The notes beneath the pieces were generated by a model. The model saw only the letters and a program-made list of their open reading frames with translations. It searched no databases and was not told the origin of the DNA. From positions 1 through 64,000 of IMG/VR virus record IMGVR_UViG_3300020469_000002: a stretch of 64,000 nucleotides of DNA; one strand, given 5' to 3'. The DNA comes from a virus. The translations under genes and the position numbers were made by a program. Every line of letters starts with the position of its first letter. The first letter of the stretch is position 1. Positions 38,328-47,815 of the stretch are shown here, one piece after another.

Positions 38328-40021
38328 TGGCGTCGAGTGAAGCCGAGGTCACTTCTGCACACCCTGCCTACACTCGATGGAGGATGAACAGGTCTGCGAT
38401 AGCCGGTGAGCTTAATGAGTATTGGATCAACATTCTCGAAGAGGATTTGAGTCTGCGAGATGTCGTATTTTGTGTGGAGCTGGTCTTTGGGAAAGATAAG
38501 ATCGTGCGAATCGCAAACAAGTCATGCAGTGTTGTGAGCGGGAGAACAGGGGAGGTTGTCTCGTATCTACCCGTGCTTCAGGACACTCCTGACTTCGTGC
38601 AAGCGTACAGCTTTGGCGATGCAACCAGCGAGGCAAGATCGCTCACATTCAAGCTGCCCAGTTCTCTCGTGAATGTTCGAGAGCTTATTCGTGATGGGCG
38701 AACGCTCGCAGGAGTCGCGGAGATCACTCTTCAGGTTGATGGTGGAGACTACGATCAAAGATGCGTTCTGATGCGGGGCGACATGGCAGACGGGGTTTCG
38801 TTTGCATCCATCGACGAGTTGATCGAGCTTACTGTCCAAGATCCAAAAACTACCGTTGATGTCTACGCTCCCCCATTCGTGATCGACTCCGACACCTTCA
38901 GCACGAACGAAGCGGAAACAACGATCGGTCAGAGGTACGCCGTTGTTCTTCCGAAGTACAGTGGAATCCCTGCACCATTCATTTCGACCTCTGTTTTTCA
39001 GGCAAAGGTTTTGGTTGGGTATGGGCGATTGACTGACATCGCGAATCGAGTGATCATCGACGGAGACTCGTTTTCGAGAACGCACGCCACATACGGGTAC
39101 ACCTTCGCATACGAGCTGGACAATGACGGGAACAGCGTGACCACAGTTACTTTCGGCACTACGGCAAGTGGAACATTCGAGTTCAGTGAGCAGATTTACT
39201 TTTCCGCTTCGTCGAGCTTCGAGAGTGCTTCTCCCATCGATCAGGTTCACGAGATCGCAAACCGATTCACCGCTCTCGGTTTGATCGGACTGTCCCCAGA
39301 GCTTTTCGCGGCTGCACAGGCGAAGATGGGCGGGATGAAGTCTCGCATGTTGCTCAATGCGGGAGGAGCAGCGACGGCAACGGCCATCTCGTATATTGAG
39401 GGCGAGTTCTTGGCTTCGTTCCCGATGGTCTCGATGCTGTTTCACGGGAGCGGCTACGGGCCAATCGTTGTAGACAGGCGAAGCGATATTTCCGTAATGA
39501 GGCTTGATGCAGACCAGTGGCCGATTCTGGACAGAGCTTCATACGTGACTGAGACACCGAAGGACGACTGCTCCAACGAGTTCGTTCTTTCGTATGCTTA
39601 CGACCCTGTTGAGGACGTGTACACAAAGATCGTGACCCGAGGCGTTTCGGATTCTTTGCTCTGCTCAATCTCGCAGCAGCAAATCGGGCATCGACCCCAT
39701 GAAGTGATCGAGTCCAGATACATTCACGACGAGAACACCGCTCGTGCAGTTGTAGACTGGATGGTTGATCATCTGACGCTGCCCTCATACCTCGTAGAGT
39801 ACGCGGTAGACGCTTCTCTCGTCATGCGAGTCAAGCCGGGAGACAACATCCGACTCACAGATCCCGAGTTCGGCTGGAGTGAGATCGCTGCTACGATTGA
39901 GTCCATCGTCTACAAACGAAGTCACAGCGTTCTTCTTCTCCGTGTGTGGTGGAGATACTACACGCTCGGAACAGGCGCTCTGAACGCTCAGGGTGGCTTC
40001 GCAAGCGGAGGTCAGGGCTAA
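38327..40021 (+). CDS. Tail hub/baseplate protein
   Basis: C-terminal VKPGDNIRLTD motif; position. Confidence 0.7.
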   Translation: MASSEAEVTSAHPAYTRWRMNRSAIAGELNEYWINILEEDLSLRDVVFCVELVFGKDKIVRIANKSCSVVSGRTGEVVSYLPVLQDTPDFVQAYSFGDATSEARSLTFKLPSSLVNVRELIRDGRTLAGVAEITLQVDGGDYDQRCVLMRGDMADGVSFASIDELIELTVQDPKTTVDVYAPPFVIDSDTFSTNEAETTIGQRYAVVLPKYSGIPAPFISTSVFQAKVLVGYGRLTDIANRVIIDGDSFSRTHATYGYTFAYELDNDGNSVTTVTFGTTASGTFEFSEQIYFSASSSFESASPIDQVHEIANRFTALGLIGLSPELFAAAQAKMGGMKSRMLLNAGGAATATAISYIEGEFLASFPMVSMLFHGSGYGPIVVDRRSDISVMRLDADQWPILDRASYVTETPKDDCSNEFVLSYAYDPVEDVYTKIVTRGVSDSLLCSISQQQIGHRPHEVIESRYIHDENTARAVVDWMVDHLTLPSYLVEYAVDASLVMRVKPGDNIRLTDPEFGWSEIAATIESIVYKRSHSVLLLRVWWRYYTLGTGALNAQGGFASGGQG

Positions 40022-41130
40022 TGGCTGGCAACCTCAAACGTCTTCGACAGAACCTCGCAGACAACCCGCCGAAGCTGAGAGACACTCTCGCAGGCAACAC
40101 GACTGATTCCGCTCATGGCCAGGTTCTCGCCTGGGATACGAACACAGAAGCGTTTCACTTGGTGAACAACTCGGGTGGCGGCGGCGGTGGTGGAGCGCCA
40201 ACCGACGCCTTCTACTTCGTCGGCGCAGCGAGCGGAGGCTTGTCCAACGAAAGAGTGCTCACTGTTGGCTCTGGACTCGCATACGTCGATGGTGGTCCCG
40301 GCGCAGCTTTCACTCTCTCAGCGACGGGTGGTGGGGGAGGCGGTGCTCCGACAAACGCTCAGTACATGGTGCTTGCAGCCGACTCGACTCTTTCGCAAGA
40401 GCGCATTTTCACCGTGGGCACAGGTCTGACGTTCGTTGATGGTGGAGCAGGCGCAGCGTTTACGATCTCGACCACTGGTGCTGGGTATGCTCCAGACAAC
40501 GCTCAGTATTTTGTTCTGGCTGCCGACGCGACGCTCCAGTACGAGCGCGTTTTGACAATCGGAACTGGTCTGACGTTCACAGATGCCGGTGCAGGCGGTG
40601 CGTTCACGATCTCTACGACTGGCGATGGTCAAGCACCCAGTACCGCTCAGTACGTGGTTGTCTCTACAGACACCACTCTGACGAATGAAAGGGTCCTCAC
40701 GGTCGGCGCAGGGTTGTCGCTACAAGACGGCGGTGCTGGAGCAGCATTGACGATCGCTGCTCTTTCCGATGTCGAGATCGTTCCCGTTCTCTCCAGTGCA
40801 ACCGATGTCCGCAAGCGTGATTCGATCGTCGTCGCGTCTGCGTTCTCTCACGCGGCGAGTGAGTACATTGGAAGCACGACGATGGTGGGGATTCTGGCGA
40901 GTCAACAATCACACGTCACGAGAGCGCGACTCTTCGATGTCTCTACGCAGTCGTATATCGCTTCTGCGACGCTCACGACAGACAGCACTACCCCGACACG
41001 TCTAACGTCGAGCGCGCTCGCTCTGACGACTACAGCGACGATCTACGAGCTACATATCGACACTGTAAGCGCAGCACAGGATGACGATTCGTCGATCGTG
41101 TCCAGCGTGACTCTCGAAGTGGCTGACTGA
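40021..41130 (+). CDS. Tail fibre-like protein with four ~48-aa repeats
   Basis: AP.NAQY.V...D.TL..ERVLTVG.GL...DGGAG..FTIS x4. Confidence 0.75.
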   Translation: MAGNLKRLRQNLADNPPKLRDTLAGNTTDSAHGQVLAWDTNTEAFHLVNNSGGGGGGGAPTDAFYFVGAASGGLSNERVLTVGSGLAYVDGGPGAAFTLSATGGGGGGAPTNAQYMVLAADSTLSQERIFTVGTGLTFVDGGAGAAFTISTTGAGYAPDNAQYFVLAADATLQYERVLTIGTGLTFTDAGAGGAFTISTTGDGQAPSTAQYVVVSTDTTLTNERVLTVGAGLSLQDGGAGAALTIAALSDVEIVPVLSSATDVRKRDSIVVASAFSHAASEYIGSTTMVGILASQQSHVTRARLFDVSTQSYIASATLTTDSTTPTRLTSSALALTTTATIYELHIDTVSAAQDDDSSIVSSVTLEVAD

Positions 41131-41402
41131 TGCCTTTCGAGTACACCAATCGCGCACGAAACACGGGCACGGGAGCGTTCGTTTACTGGGTCACACAGAC
41201 GAGTGCAGATCCTACAATGACTGCCTCTAACGCTCCAAACTCAGCCTCTCACACTCAGTCCGTTGTCGTCGCGAGAAGACAGGTTGACTCTCCTTCATCG
41301 ACACAAGATCCAAATCTTTGTATTTCCGTCTCGTCTCGACACATCCTTGTTGACGCAGTTCCGCCACTGCAAGTCACGAGCGCCCCAACGCGCGTTCAGT
41401 AG
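41130..41402 (+). CDS. Small Ser/Thr-rich hypothetical protein
   Basis: TGATG coupling. Confidence 0.55.
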   Translation: MPFEYTNRARNTGTGAFVYWVTQTSADPTMTASNAPNSASHTQSVVVARRQVDSPSSTQDPNLCISVSSRHILVDAVPPLQVTSAPTRVQ

Positions 41403-41411
41403 GAGACTTCT

Positions 41412-42491
41412 GTGCCTCTTCCAACATTGACATGGCATCAACGATTTCTCGGAAGCGTCAGCGATGGGAATGACCCAGTGACCGTTTTGACTGCGCTTCG
41501 CGACTATCTCGCGACAAGCGTCTCCCCTTCGTTCAAGTGGACGGTCACTGCTGATGGTGTCTCGAACACTGAGTCGGGAGGCTCAGTTGCTGCTCCGTAT
41601 CTGGAGCTTACGAGTGCAGCGAACGTCGGTGCCAACCCGATCAAGATCCTTATTGCAGGATCAGACTCTTCGAGCTTCCCGACGAACGACAGCTTCTACG
41701 GCGGAAACTCCGGTATCGGGGACTACAAGCCGTCTCTGAGTCGTCAGAACTCGATCGTCATCGGGATTGCTCCTGACGGCGGCACACTCAACGGTCCTCA
41801 CACTCAAGCGAACCCATACGGAAGTGCTCGTTGGTCAGGGTACGTGAAGCTCCACGAGCCTTTGACGGCAACACAAATCGACAATCTTTGGGTTGTGGAT
41901 AGCGCAGAGGTGATCGCTATTCTAACCCAAGGGTCGGACAACTTGATTCGCGGAGTAATCGCTGGTGCTTGCATCGCTCCGCTCAGTGACAATGCAGGTG
42001 AAACGCAGCACGGTGGCGTCGGTAGAACATACGGAATCGTGACGATTCACGCAGGGCTCGGGTTCAGAAACTACTGGCGAAAGAACCCGCCAACAGCGAA
42101 CTTCCTTTCTCCGCAAAGCAACAACGGGAACAACACCGATGGAAAGGGGGGTCAGGGAATCAGCTTGTGCTGGGACCCCGATGGTGGCGGGTTGGCACAC
42201 TTCGCGTACTACCACGTTGTCCCGACTCAAACGAATACAGGTACAACCATCTTCCCCGGTGCTCTTCTCGATAGTGTCGGGAACTACGCAACGATCCCCA
42301 TTCCTCTCGTGAATCGAAGCACTACCACGTATCAGCAGACTCGAATGATCGGCGTGATGCGGCAAGTGAAGTATGCGGCAACCAGTCGATGTCGCGCGGT
42401 CTTTCAAGATTCTACGGGTAACGATGTAGGGTTCGTAGTATCTACGACTCTTACCGCTGATGGTGAGGCGTTTGCGTTCACGAACAGCTAA
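41412..42491 (+). CDS. Putative virion/receptor-binding protein
   Basis: AGGAG RBS; Gly/Ser/Thr/Asn-rich; end of tail operon. Confidence 0.65.
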   Translation: MPLPTLTWHQRFLGSVSDGNDPVTVLTALRDYLATSVSPSFKWTVTADGVSNTESGGSVAAPYLELTSAANVGANPIKILIAGSDSSSFPTNDSFYGGNSGIGDYKPSLSRQNSIVIGIAPDGGTLNGPHTQANPYGSARWSGYVKLHEPLTATQIDNLWVVDSAEVIAILTQGSDNLIRGVIAGACIAPLSDNAGETQHGGVGRTYGIVTIHAGLGFRNYWRKNPPTANFLSPQSNNGNNTDGKGGQGISLCWDPDGGGLAHFAYYHVVPTQTNTGTTIFPGALLDSVGNYATIPIPLVNRSTTTYQQTRMIGVMRQVKYAATSRCRAVFQDSTGNDVGFVVSTTLTADGEAFAFTNS

Positions 42492-43249
42492 TCGCTGGCT
42501 CTGCTTCGAGAATCAAACACTGCCGACATCGCACTTCCAAGTATTCCGGTCAACACGAGCAGCACTCTCTCGACCATGGCGATCCCCTCGATGTCGCTTG
42601 TCCCGGTGACCCACTGACCGACAACGAGCGCACCGAGCAGACACACGAGCAACACGGTTCCGCCGTAGATTTGTCTGAGAAGAGTGATCTGACCCGAGAG
42701 ACGCCTTTGTCTAAGCAGACCGTTCTCTGCCGCTCTGCGAGCGTTTTCCGCTTCATCGCGAAGCTGCTCTGCCTCCCCTCTGAGTCGATCGGCTTCGCTT
42801 AGGGCGTCTTCGCCTTCACGTACTGCGGAGGCAAGTGCCTCTTCTCGGGCGTAGTATTCGGTTCGATCCATAAAGAGAGCGACGAAGTACCGCTCTCCTG
42901 AGTGCTCAACGGGCGCGACGTTCGCAAGTACAGGCACGAGTGCGCCGTCTCGTCTCTTCGCGTCGAGTCTTCGCCATGTGCCCATCACTGAAGAACGACT
43001 GTGCTTTCTTGTGGACTTGATGTGGCGCTCTACGATCTCCTGATGTTTGCTTGCGATCTCTTCGGACATAAGCTCGCGAACATTCATTTGGTTCATGAGC
43101 GTGCCGCTGGAATATCCAAACAATATCGCGGCGCTGTTGTTCGCGAAAAGAACGAATATCTCGCCGCTCTCGTCATCTGGAAAGGTCCCGACTACGAATC
43201 CTATTTGTAGCCGAGACCCAACCTGTTCGAGTGTTTCGAGGACATTCAT
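42488..43249 (-). CDS. FixL-like PAS domain + coiled coil + two C-terminal TM helices
   Basis: FANNSAAILFGY..NVRELM..SKH..GTWRRLDAKRRDG..P..GERYFVALFMDRTE. Confidence 0.85.
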   Translation of the reverse strand: MNVLETLEQVGSRLQIGFVVGTFPDDESGEIFVLFANNSAAILFGYSSGTLMNQMNVRELMSEEIASKHQEIVERHIKSTRKHSRSSVMGTWRRLDAKRRDGALVPVLANVAPVEHSGERYFVALFMDRTEYYAREEALASAVREGEDALSEADRLRGEAEQLRDEAENARRAAENGLLRQRRLSGQITLLRQIYGGTVLLVCLLGALVVGQWVTGTSDIEGIAMVERVLLVLTGILGSAMSAVFDSRSRASD

Positions 43250-43272
43250 GCGCGGATCATACCGCGCCACGT

Positions 43273-45261
43273 TCAGTGCCGCGAGCCCATGGGCGTCTGC
43301 TCCCATGTGTCTGCGTAAACGCAAGCCTCTGGATCGTAGAACAGAACGACTCTCGCCCCCTGCAATCCGAACTCACTTCTGCACTTGTCCACGTGAACAG
43401 CAGTTGCGGGGTGTTCAACGCCTCTTCCCGGCAAGAGTCGTTCGAGCACGATTCCGACATGAGCATCCTGTCTGATCGCGCTTGCTCCTTTGAGGTCTGA
43501 GATTCGCACTCTGCGCTGTTGAGAGATTGAGAGGTTGTTCGGGTGACAAATCAGAATGACCGAGATCTCCAGTTGCACGGCGAGCATCGCGAGCTTTCGA
43601 ACTGCGTTTTCGATTCCTCTTCTTTCGTCTTCCGCCCCATCTACGAGAAAGCCCAAGTGATCGATGATCACCCATCGAGCATCGCGTCTGCGAACAGCGT
43701 AGGAGATCAAGCGAAGAAGCTCCTCGAACTCCAAGTGACCGTAGTGATCGAGCAAATAGATCGGGAGAGATCCAAGTCGAGCAAGTGCGGTTCGTCGCTG
43801 ATTCTCAGTGAAGGCTGTGAAGTCTCCACCCATTTCGGCTCGCAACAGCTTTTGGACCTGCCCGATGGGTCTTTGCTCAAACGATGTCATCATTCCAGGG
43901 ATGCCTCTTCTTCCTTGTTCGAGACCAACCCAGTTTGTGAATGAAGTCTTCCCTGCTGCTGTGTCGCCTGTCACCACGATTAGCCCGGGTCTGAGACCAC
44001 CGAGTGCAGCATCGAGACCCATGCTTCCAAACGTGAGCCCTCGAAGACTGCCTGGATTCTGAACAAGATCTTCCAGTTCGTCCGCAAACGCATCGACACG
44101 AACCAGCCCAGCTTCGAGCAGCGGTTGGGCTGCATCGAGAACATCGCGCATCGTCTGTTCGGACACTCCATTTCTCAAACAGTCCGCAGCATCGTTGTGC
44201 GGGAGTCGAGCGCGAGAGCATCGATCTCGACCCAGCTTGTCTGCAACCGACTTTGCTCCCTTGTCTCCAGCAGCATCGTCGTCGTAGGCAAGAATGAAGT
44301 GTCTGTATGGTTCGAGCGTGTCGAGCCATTCGTCGGCCCATGTTCCCGCCCCCGCTGTTCCCGAGACAAGATGCTCTCTGAATCCAAGCTGCCAAAGTGC
44401 CATCGCGTCAAGCTCGCCCTCGGTGATAATCACGTCCTTGTCGTGATCTTCAGTGAGAGTTGCGATTCCGAAGAGAGTCGTAGGTCGACCCGGTGCTCGT
44501 CGGTATGTCTTCTTCACTTCCCCCTGATCACATCTTCTGCAACCAGCTCCATCGCAGTGAAGGCATTTTCCAGGCACGCTGCGAAAGCGCATGTTCACAG
44601 GCTTTTCATGCTTGTCGAGAACGGGAATCGAAACGTACTGCTCGACTGTCTTCCCATTTCTGTCTCGAACGATGAGTGCCCCAACCTTCCAAGCCTTCAG
44701 CGTTCGATCTTCAAACCCACGACTGAGCAAGTATTCGCGCACGGCTTGCCCATCGTCTGACCACAGATTGTTGATGCACTCGTCCGTCAACGAGTCAGAC
44801 CACTTGAATGGCCCATTGTAGTTCTTCGCGTCTTCGACCTTCGGCTTGGTTTGTTCTCGTTTTCTGCGAGTGTTCGAGACAGGCAGAATCTTGGAGGCGA
44901 TGTCGTCCCGTGTGCAGAGCCCGAGATCAGCAGCGCGTTTCCGAACATCATCAAACTGATCTCGATTCAGTGTCCGCAAAGGAGTGCTGTGCACGTCATA
45001 CGAGATCAGATCAACACCGTCTCCCGCGCGATCGCACACAAAGCACTTCCATCCCTGTCCGTCAGGTCTCGCACCGATGGGACCTCGCGAGTCTGAGCTT
45101 CCACGCTTCTCAGCGTTGCAGCCGGGACAAGGTGAGATCGATCGCGATCTCTTCATCGTCATCCCGAGAGCTTGGGCCACCTCTCGAACGTCATGCTCTT
45201 TGATTTGCTCAATCCATCTACGAATCATTGGAAGAGCCTTCGTCTGTTGAGTGTGGTTCAT
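43273..45261 (-). CDS. Bifunctional primase-helicase (T7 gp4/Twinkle-like); start may be 45228
   Basis: CPGC..CFVC zinc finger, TOPRIM ITEGELDA and YDDDAAG, Walker A GDTAAGKT, IIDHL, LKGASAIRQDA. Confidence 0.92.
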   Translation of the reverse strand: MNHTQQTKALPMIRRWIEQIKEHDVREVAQALGMTMKRSRSISPCPGCNAEKRGSSDSRGPIGARPDGQGWKCFVCDRAGDGVDLISYDVHSTPLRTLNRDQFDDVRKRAADLGLCTRDDIASKILPVSNTRRKREQTKPKVEDAKNYNGPFKWSDSLTDECINNLWSDDGQAVREYLLSRGFEDRTLKAWKVGALIVRDRNGKTVEQYVSIPVLDKHEKPVNMRFRSVPGKCLHCDGAGCRRCDQGEVKKTYRRAPGRPTTLFGIATLTEDHDKDVIITEGELDAMALWQLGFREHLVSGTAGAGTWADEWLDTLEPYRHFILAYDDDAAGDKGAKSVADKLGRDRCSRARLPHNDAADCLRNGVSEQTMRDVLDAAQPLLEAGLVRVDAFADELEDLVQNPGSLRGLTFGSMGLDAALGGLRPGLIVVTGDTAAGKTSFTNWVGLEQGRRGIPGMMTSFEQRPIGQVQKLLRAEMGGDFTAFTENQRRTALARLGSLPIYLLDHYGHLEFEELLRLISYAVRRRDARWVIIDHLGFLVDGAEDERRGIENAVRKLAMLAVQLEISVILICHPNNLSISQQRRVRISDLKGASAIRQDAHVGIVLERLLPGRGVEHPATAVHVDKCRSEFGLQGARVVLFYDPEACVYADTWEQTPMGSRH

Positions 45262-46267
45262 TCAGCATGTAGAGGTTGTTTCCGTCAGAGCTTCGCTGAG
45301 CCAAGTAGACATCGAACCCAGCTCCGCGAAGCTCAGACAGTCGAGCCCCGTACCTTCGACCGATTTTCGCAAGCTCGCTCGTGGTCACACCCTTTTCGCC
45401 TCTCTCTCGAAAGAGAGCCAGAATCTCGCAGCACTGAGCAGACAATCGTTCAGCACCATCTGGTGATGTCGAGACTGTGCCAATAGGCCCTCGTCTTCGA
45501 TACGCAGCAAGCGGACCAAGAGTTGTACCAGACTCACTCTTCACGTCGCCCTGTTTTGCTGTGAACGCTCGCATGGCTTCGATCCGACCCGCGATTCGAG
45601 TGATTCGAAGAAGATTGTCGAGCCCGAGATACGTTCTCTGACTCGGGTTCTCGCCTCTCCAGTATCGTGGACCTGCATCGTCGCTTGTGTATGCGTACTC
45701 GATGAAATCGCACAGACTGTCCACGTCTGACTCTCGAAGAGCGGGCTCGATCATTCGCTTCGCGCCTGCACCAAGCCTGCATCGGGATGGTTCACGTTGA
45801 TGCTTTTTCCAAGAATCGAATACACGCTCGACATCTCGCGAGACGATTCCTGACGCTTTCGATCGCTTGCTGCCAAACGCGCGAGGCGACGCTCTACGCG
45901 CTTCGGCAGTAGTTGCGCGTCTACTGAGCAGCAGAGACAGCGTAGCACGCACCAAATCGCGCGAGGGGGGCGGCAAAGCGTATGAAGCGCAAGCAAGAGC
46001 GCCTCTCGTCGGCTGCTCACCCGATCGAGTCACCCATGCGTATCTGTTTCCGTCTGGTGCAAGGTAGATCGCGATGTGACCCGCATCGACCAGCTTTTCC
46101 ATGGCTGCATCTTGAAAGTGAAGAAACCGAGAGTCGAGCAGAACGATTCCGTCTCGATCTGTGTGTGAGTAGAGCCGCAGAAGCTCCAGCTTCTCTCTGT
46201 GTTCCATCTTCTGAATCGACTGATCGTGCCAGAACGATGCTCGAAGAACCAAGTCTCTGGTAGTCAT
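45218..46267 (-). CDS. Putative replication initiator with C-terminal HTH
   Basis: GAGGACAC RBS; C-terminal GVTTSEL..YGARLSELR.AG; upstream of primase-helicase. Confidence 0.6.
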   Translation of the reverse strand: MTTRDLVLRASFWHDQSIQKMEHREKLELLRLYSHTDRDGIVLLDSRFLHFQDAAMEKLVDAGHIAIYLAPDGNRYAWVTRSGEQPTRGALACASYALPPPSRDLVRATLSLLLSRRATTAEARRASPRAFGSKRSKASGIVSRDVERVFDSWKKHQREPSRCRLGAGAKRMIEPALRESDVDSLCDFIEYAYTSDDAGPRYWRGENPSQRTYLGLDNLLRITRIAGRIEAMRAFTAKQGDVKSESGTTLGPLAAYRRRGPIGTVSTSPDGAERLSAQCCEILALFRERGEKGVTTSELAKIGRRYGARLSELRGAGFDVYLAQRSSDGNNLYMLNEPHSTDEGSSNDS

Positions 46268-46352
46268 TGTGTCCTCTTGTTGATGTGGTCCGAACGAAAA
46301 GCGCGCACGACGAAATCGCCGCACGCGCTGAAGGTCCTTGCAGGCGTGCAGA

Positions 46353-46895
46353 TTAGAACGGGATGTCAGACCCGCCCACCGCCGAGTAGCTACCGCCACC
46401 GCTTGCAGGAGCAGCACTCTTCTTCTTCGCTCCTTCTGCGTAGTCTTCGAGCGCGACCACCAGTTCTTCCATCTGCTTCGTGATCTCGCCCTTGTAGGGA
46501 TCGATCTGACCCTTCGCAAGCTGCGGGCGCTCTGCGTTCTTGTTGTTCACCCACGTCGAGACGCCGCACTGCACGGGACGGGAGGTCAGAATGTCCCGAG
46601 TCCGCTCCTGATCGCTTGCGTCCCACGACTCGTTGTGACCAACAGCACGAGCGAATCGAGACAGCTTCCATGCAGCGCCAGCAGTCAGGTAGAACCGCTC
46701 GTACATGCGAGCCCCAGCCTGTTCGCCTTGAACACAGCAGAACAGCACTTCGATCACGGTGTCTCCGCGCTTGCTCTGATTGTAGTTCAGATCCGCAGCC
46801 CAGCAGACATGATTGCCGGCGGTGAGCCAAGGCGGTGCGCTCACTCCAGAGCCGTTGGTAGAAGAGTCATCTTGCGGGTTGATGATGAATGACAT
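46353..46895 (-). CDS. Single-stranded DNA-binding protein (DUF669-like)
   Basis: SKRGDTVI..AAWKL; acidic SDIPF C-terminus; next to Sak4-like ATPase. Confidence 0.8.
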   Translation of the reverse strand: MSFIINPQDDSSTNGSGVSAPPWLTAGNHVCWAADLNYNQSKRGDTVIEVLFCCVQGEQAGARMYERFYLTAGAAWKLSRFARAVGHNESWDASDQERTRDILTSRPVQCGVSTWVNNKNAERPQLAKGQIDPYKGEITKQMEELVVALEDYAEGAKKKSAAPASGGGSYSAVGGSDIPF

Positions 46896-46954
46896 CGAGT
46901 GTCCTCACTTTGCGCATTTGCGCGGTTGTTGCGGCAAAGCCGCGATTGAATGTT

Positions 46955-47815
46955 TCAAGCCAGGGTTGCGCCGGTTGTACGACGACGAGAGCGACGACGC
47001 TTCTTTGCGCCACCCGTCTCTTTCGGATCAGCATCGCTGACGCCCGCTTCGACCACAGGCGCGTCGTTGCTCATGATCTTTTTGACCCAGTTGCTCATGT
47101 TCGGATCTTCCACAGCATCAAGCTGCGGGAGAGACTTCGTGAGATAGTTCGAAGCCCCGCGCAACAGAACACGGTGCGACAAAACCTGCGAGCCATCTTC
47201 GTTTTCCTCACTGCGACGAAAGACGTACCCGACGACGTTGAAGTACCCAGCGACCTCGTTCGGCAGCTTCTTGCCCTGAAACGATGGGACAACGTAGCGA
47301 GTCCCACTGTCGTCAGTCTCGGTGTCCGACAGACAGATCGCGACGACATGAAACGGCAGGTCGCGAATGGTGCGAACCAGCTTTCGCATACGATCGGTCA
47401 GGGTAGACCAGTCTTCGAGAGTCCACTTGACCTCTCCGTTCGGACCAGCACGCTTGCTCGACATGATCTCGTCTCGCAGCATCCGTTGAAGCTCGGTGAG
47501 AGAGTCGATCACAACAGTCTTGACTTCCGCGTTCGCGAGCGTTCCGTCGAGTGCAGCGGTGAAGAACTCTCGAACAATCTGCATCGAAGAGACGTTCCGA
47601 TTCTGCGAAGTGCTCACGACATCGACAACGATGGCATCGGGATTCGACGCTCGAATCGAGAGCAGCCCGTTCGGCTCCGTGAGCAAGAAGCACGGTCGAG
47701 GCATCTTCGAAGCAGCGGTTGTCTTACCGGCACCACTGTCGCCGTGCAGCAGTGCGCGAAGCAGAATCGTGTCCTCTGCTCGCTCGCGAAGAGGTGAAAG
47801 ATTCAGAAGGGACAT
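46955..47815 (-). CDS. AAA_24/Sak4-like annealing ATPase
   Basis: HGDSGAGKTT, TVVIDSLTEL, W..L, YFNVVGY. Confidence 0.88.
   Translation of the reverse strand: MSLLNLSPLRERAEDTILLRALLHGDSGAGKTTAASKMPRPCFLLTEPNGLLSIRASNPDAIVVDVVSTSQNRNVSSMQIVREFFTAALDGTLANAEVKTVVIDSLTELQRMLRDEIMSSKRAGPNGEVKWTLEDWSTLTDRMRKLVRTIRDLPFHVVAICLSDTETDDSGTRYVVPSFQGKKLPNEVAGYFNVVGYVFRRSEENEDGSQVLSHRVLLRGASNYLTKSLPQLDAVEDPNMSNWVKKIMSNDAPVVEAGVSDADPKETGGAKKRRRSRRRTTGATLA

Noticed and set aside
33672-42491. Diversity-generating retroelement or invertible tail cassette
   Set aside because: No reverse transcriptase, TR/VR pair or flanking inverted repeats seen
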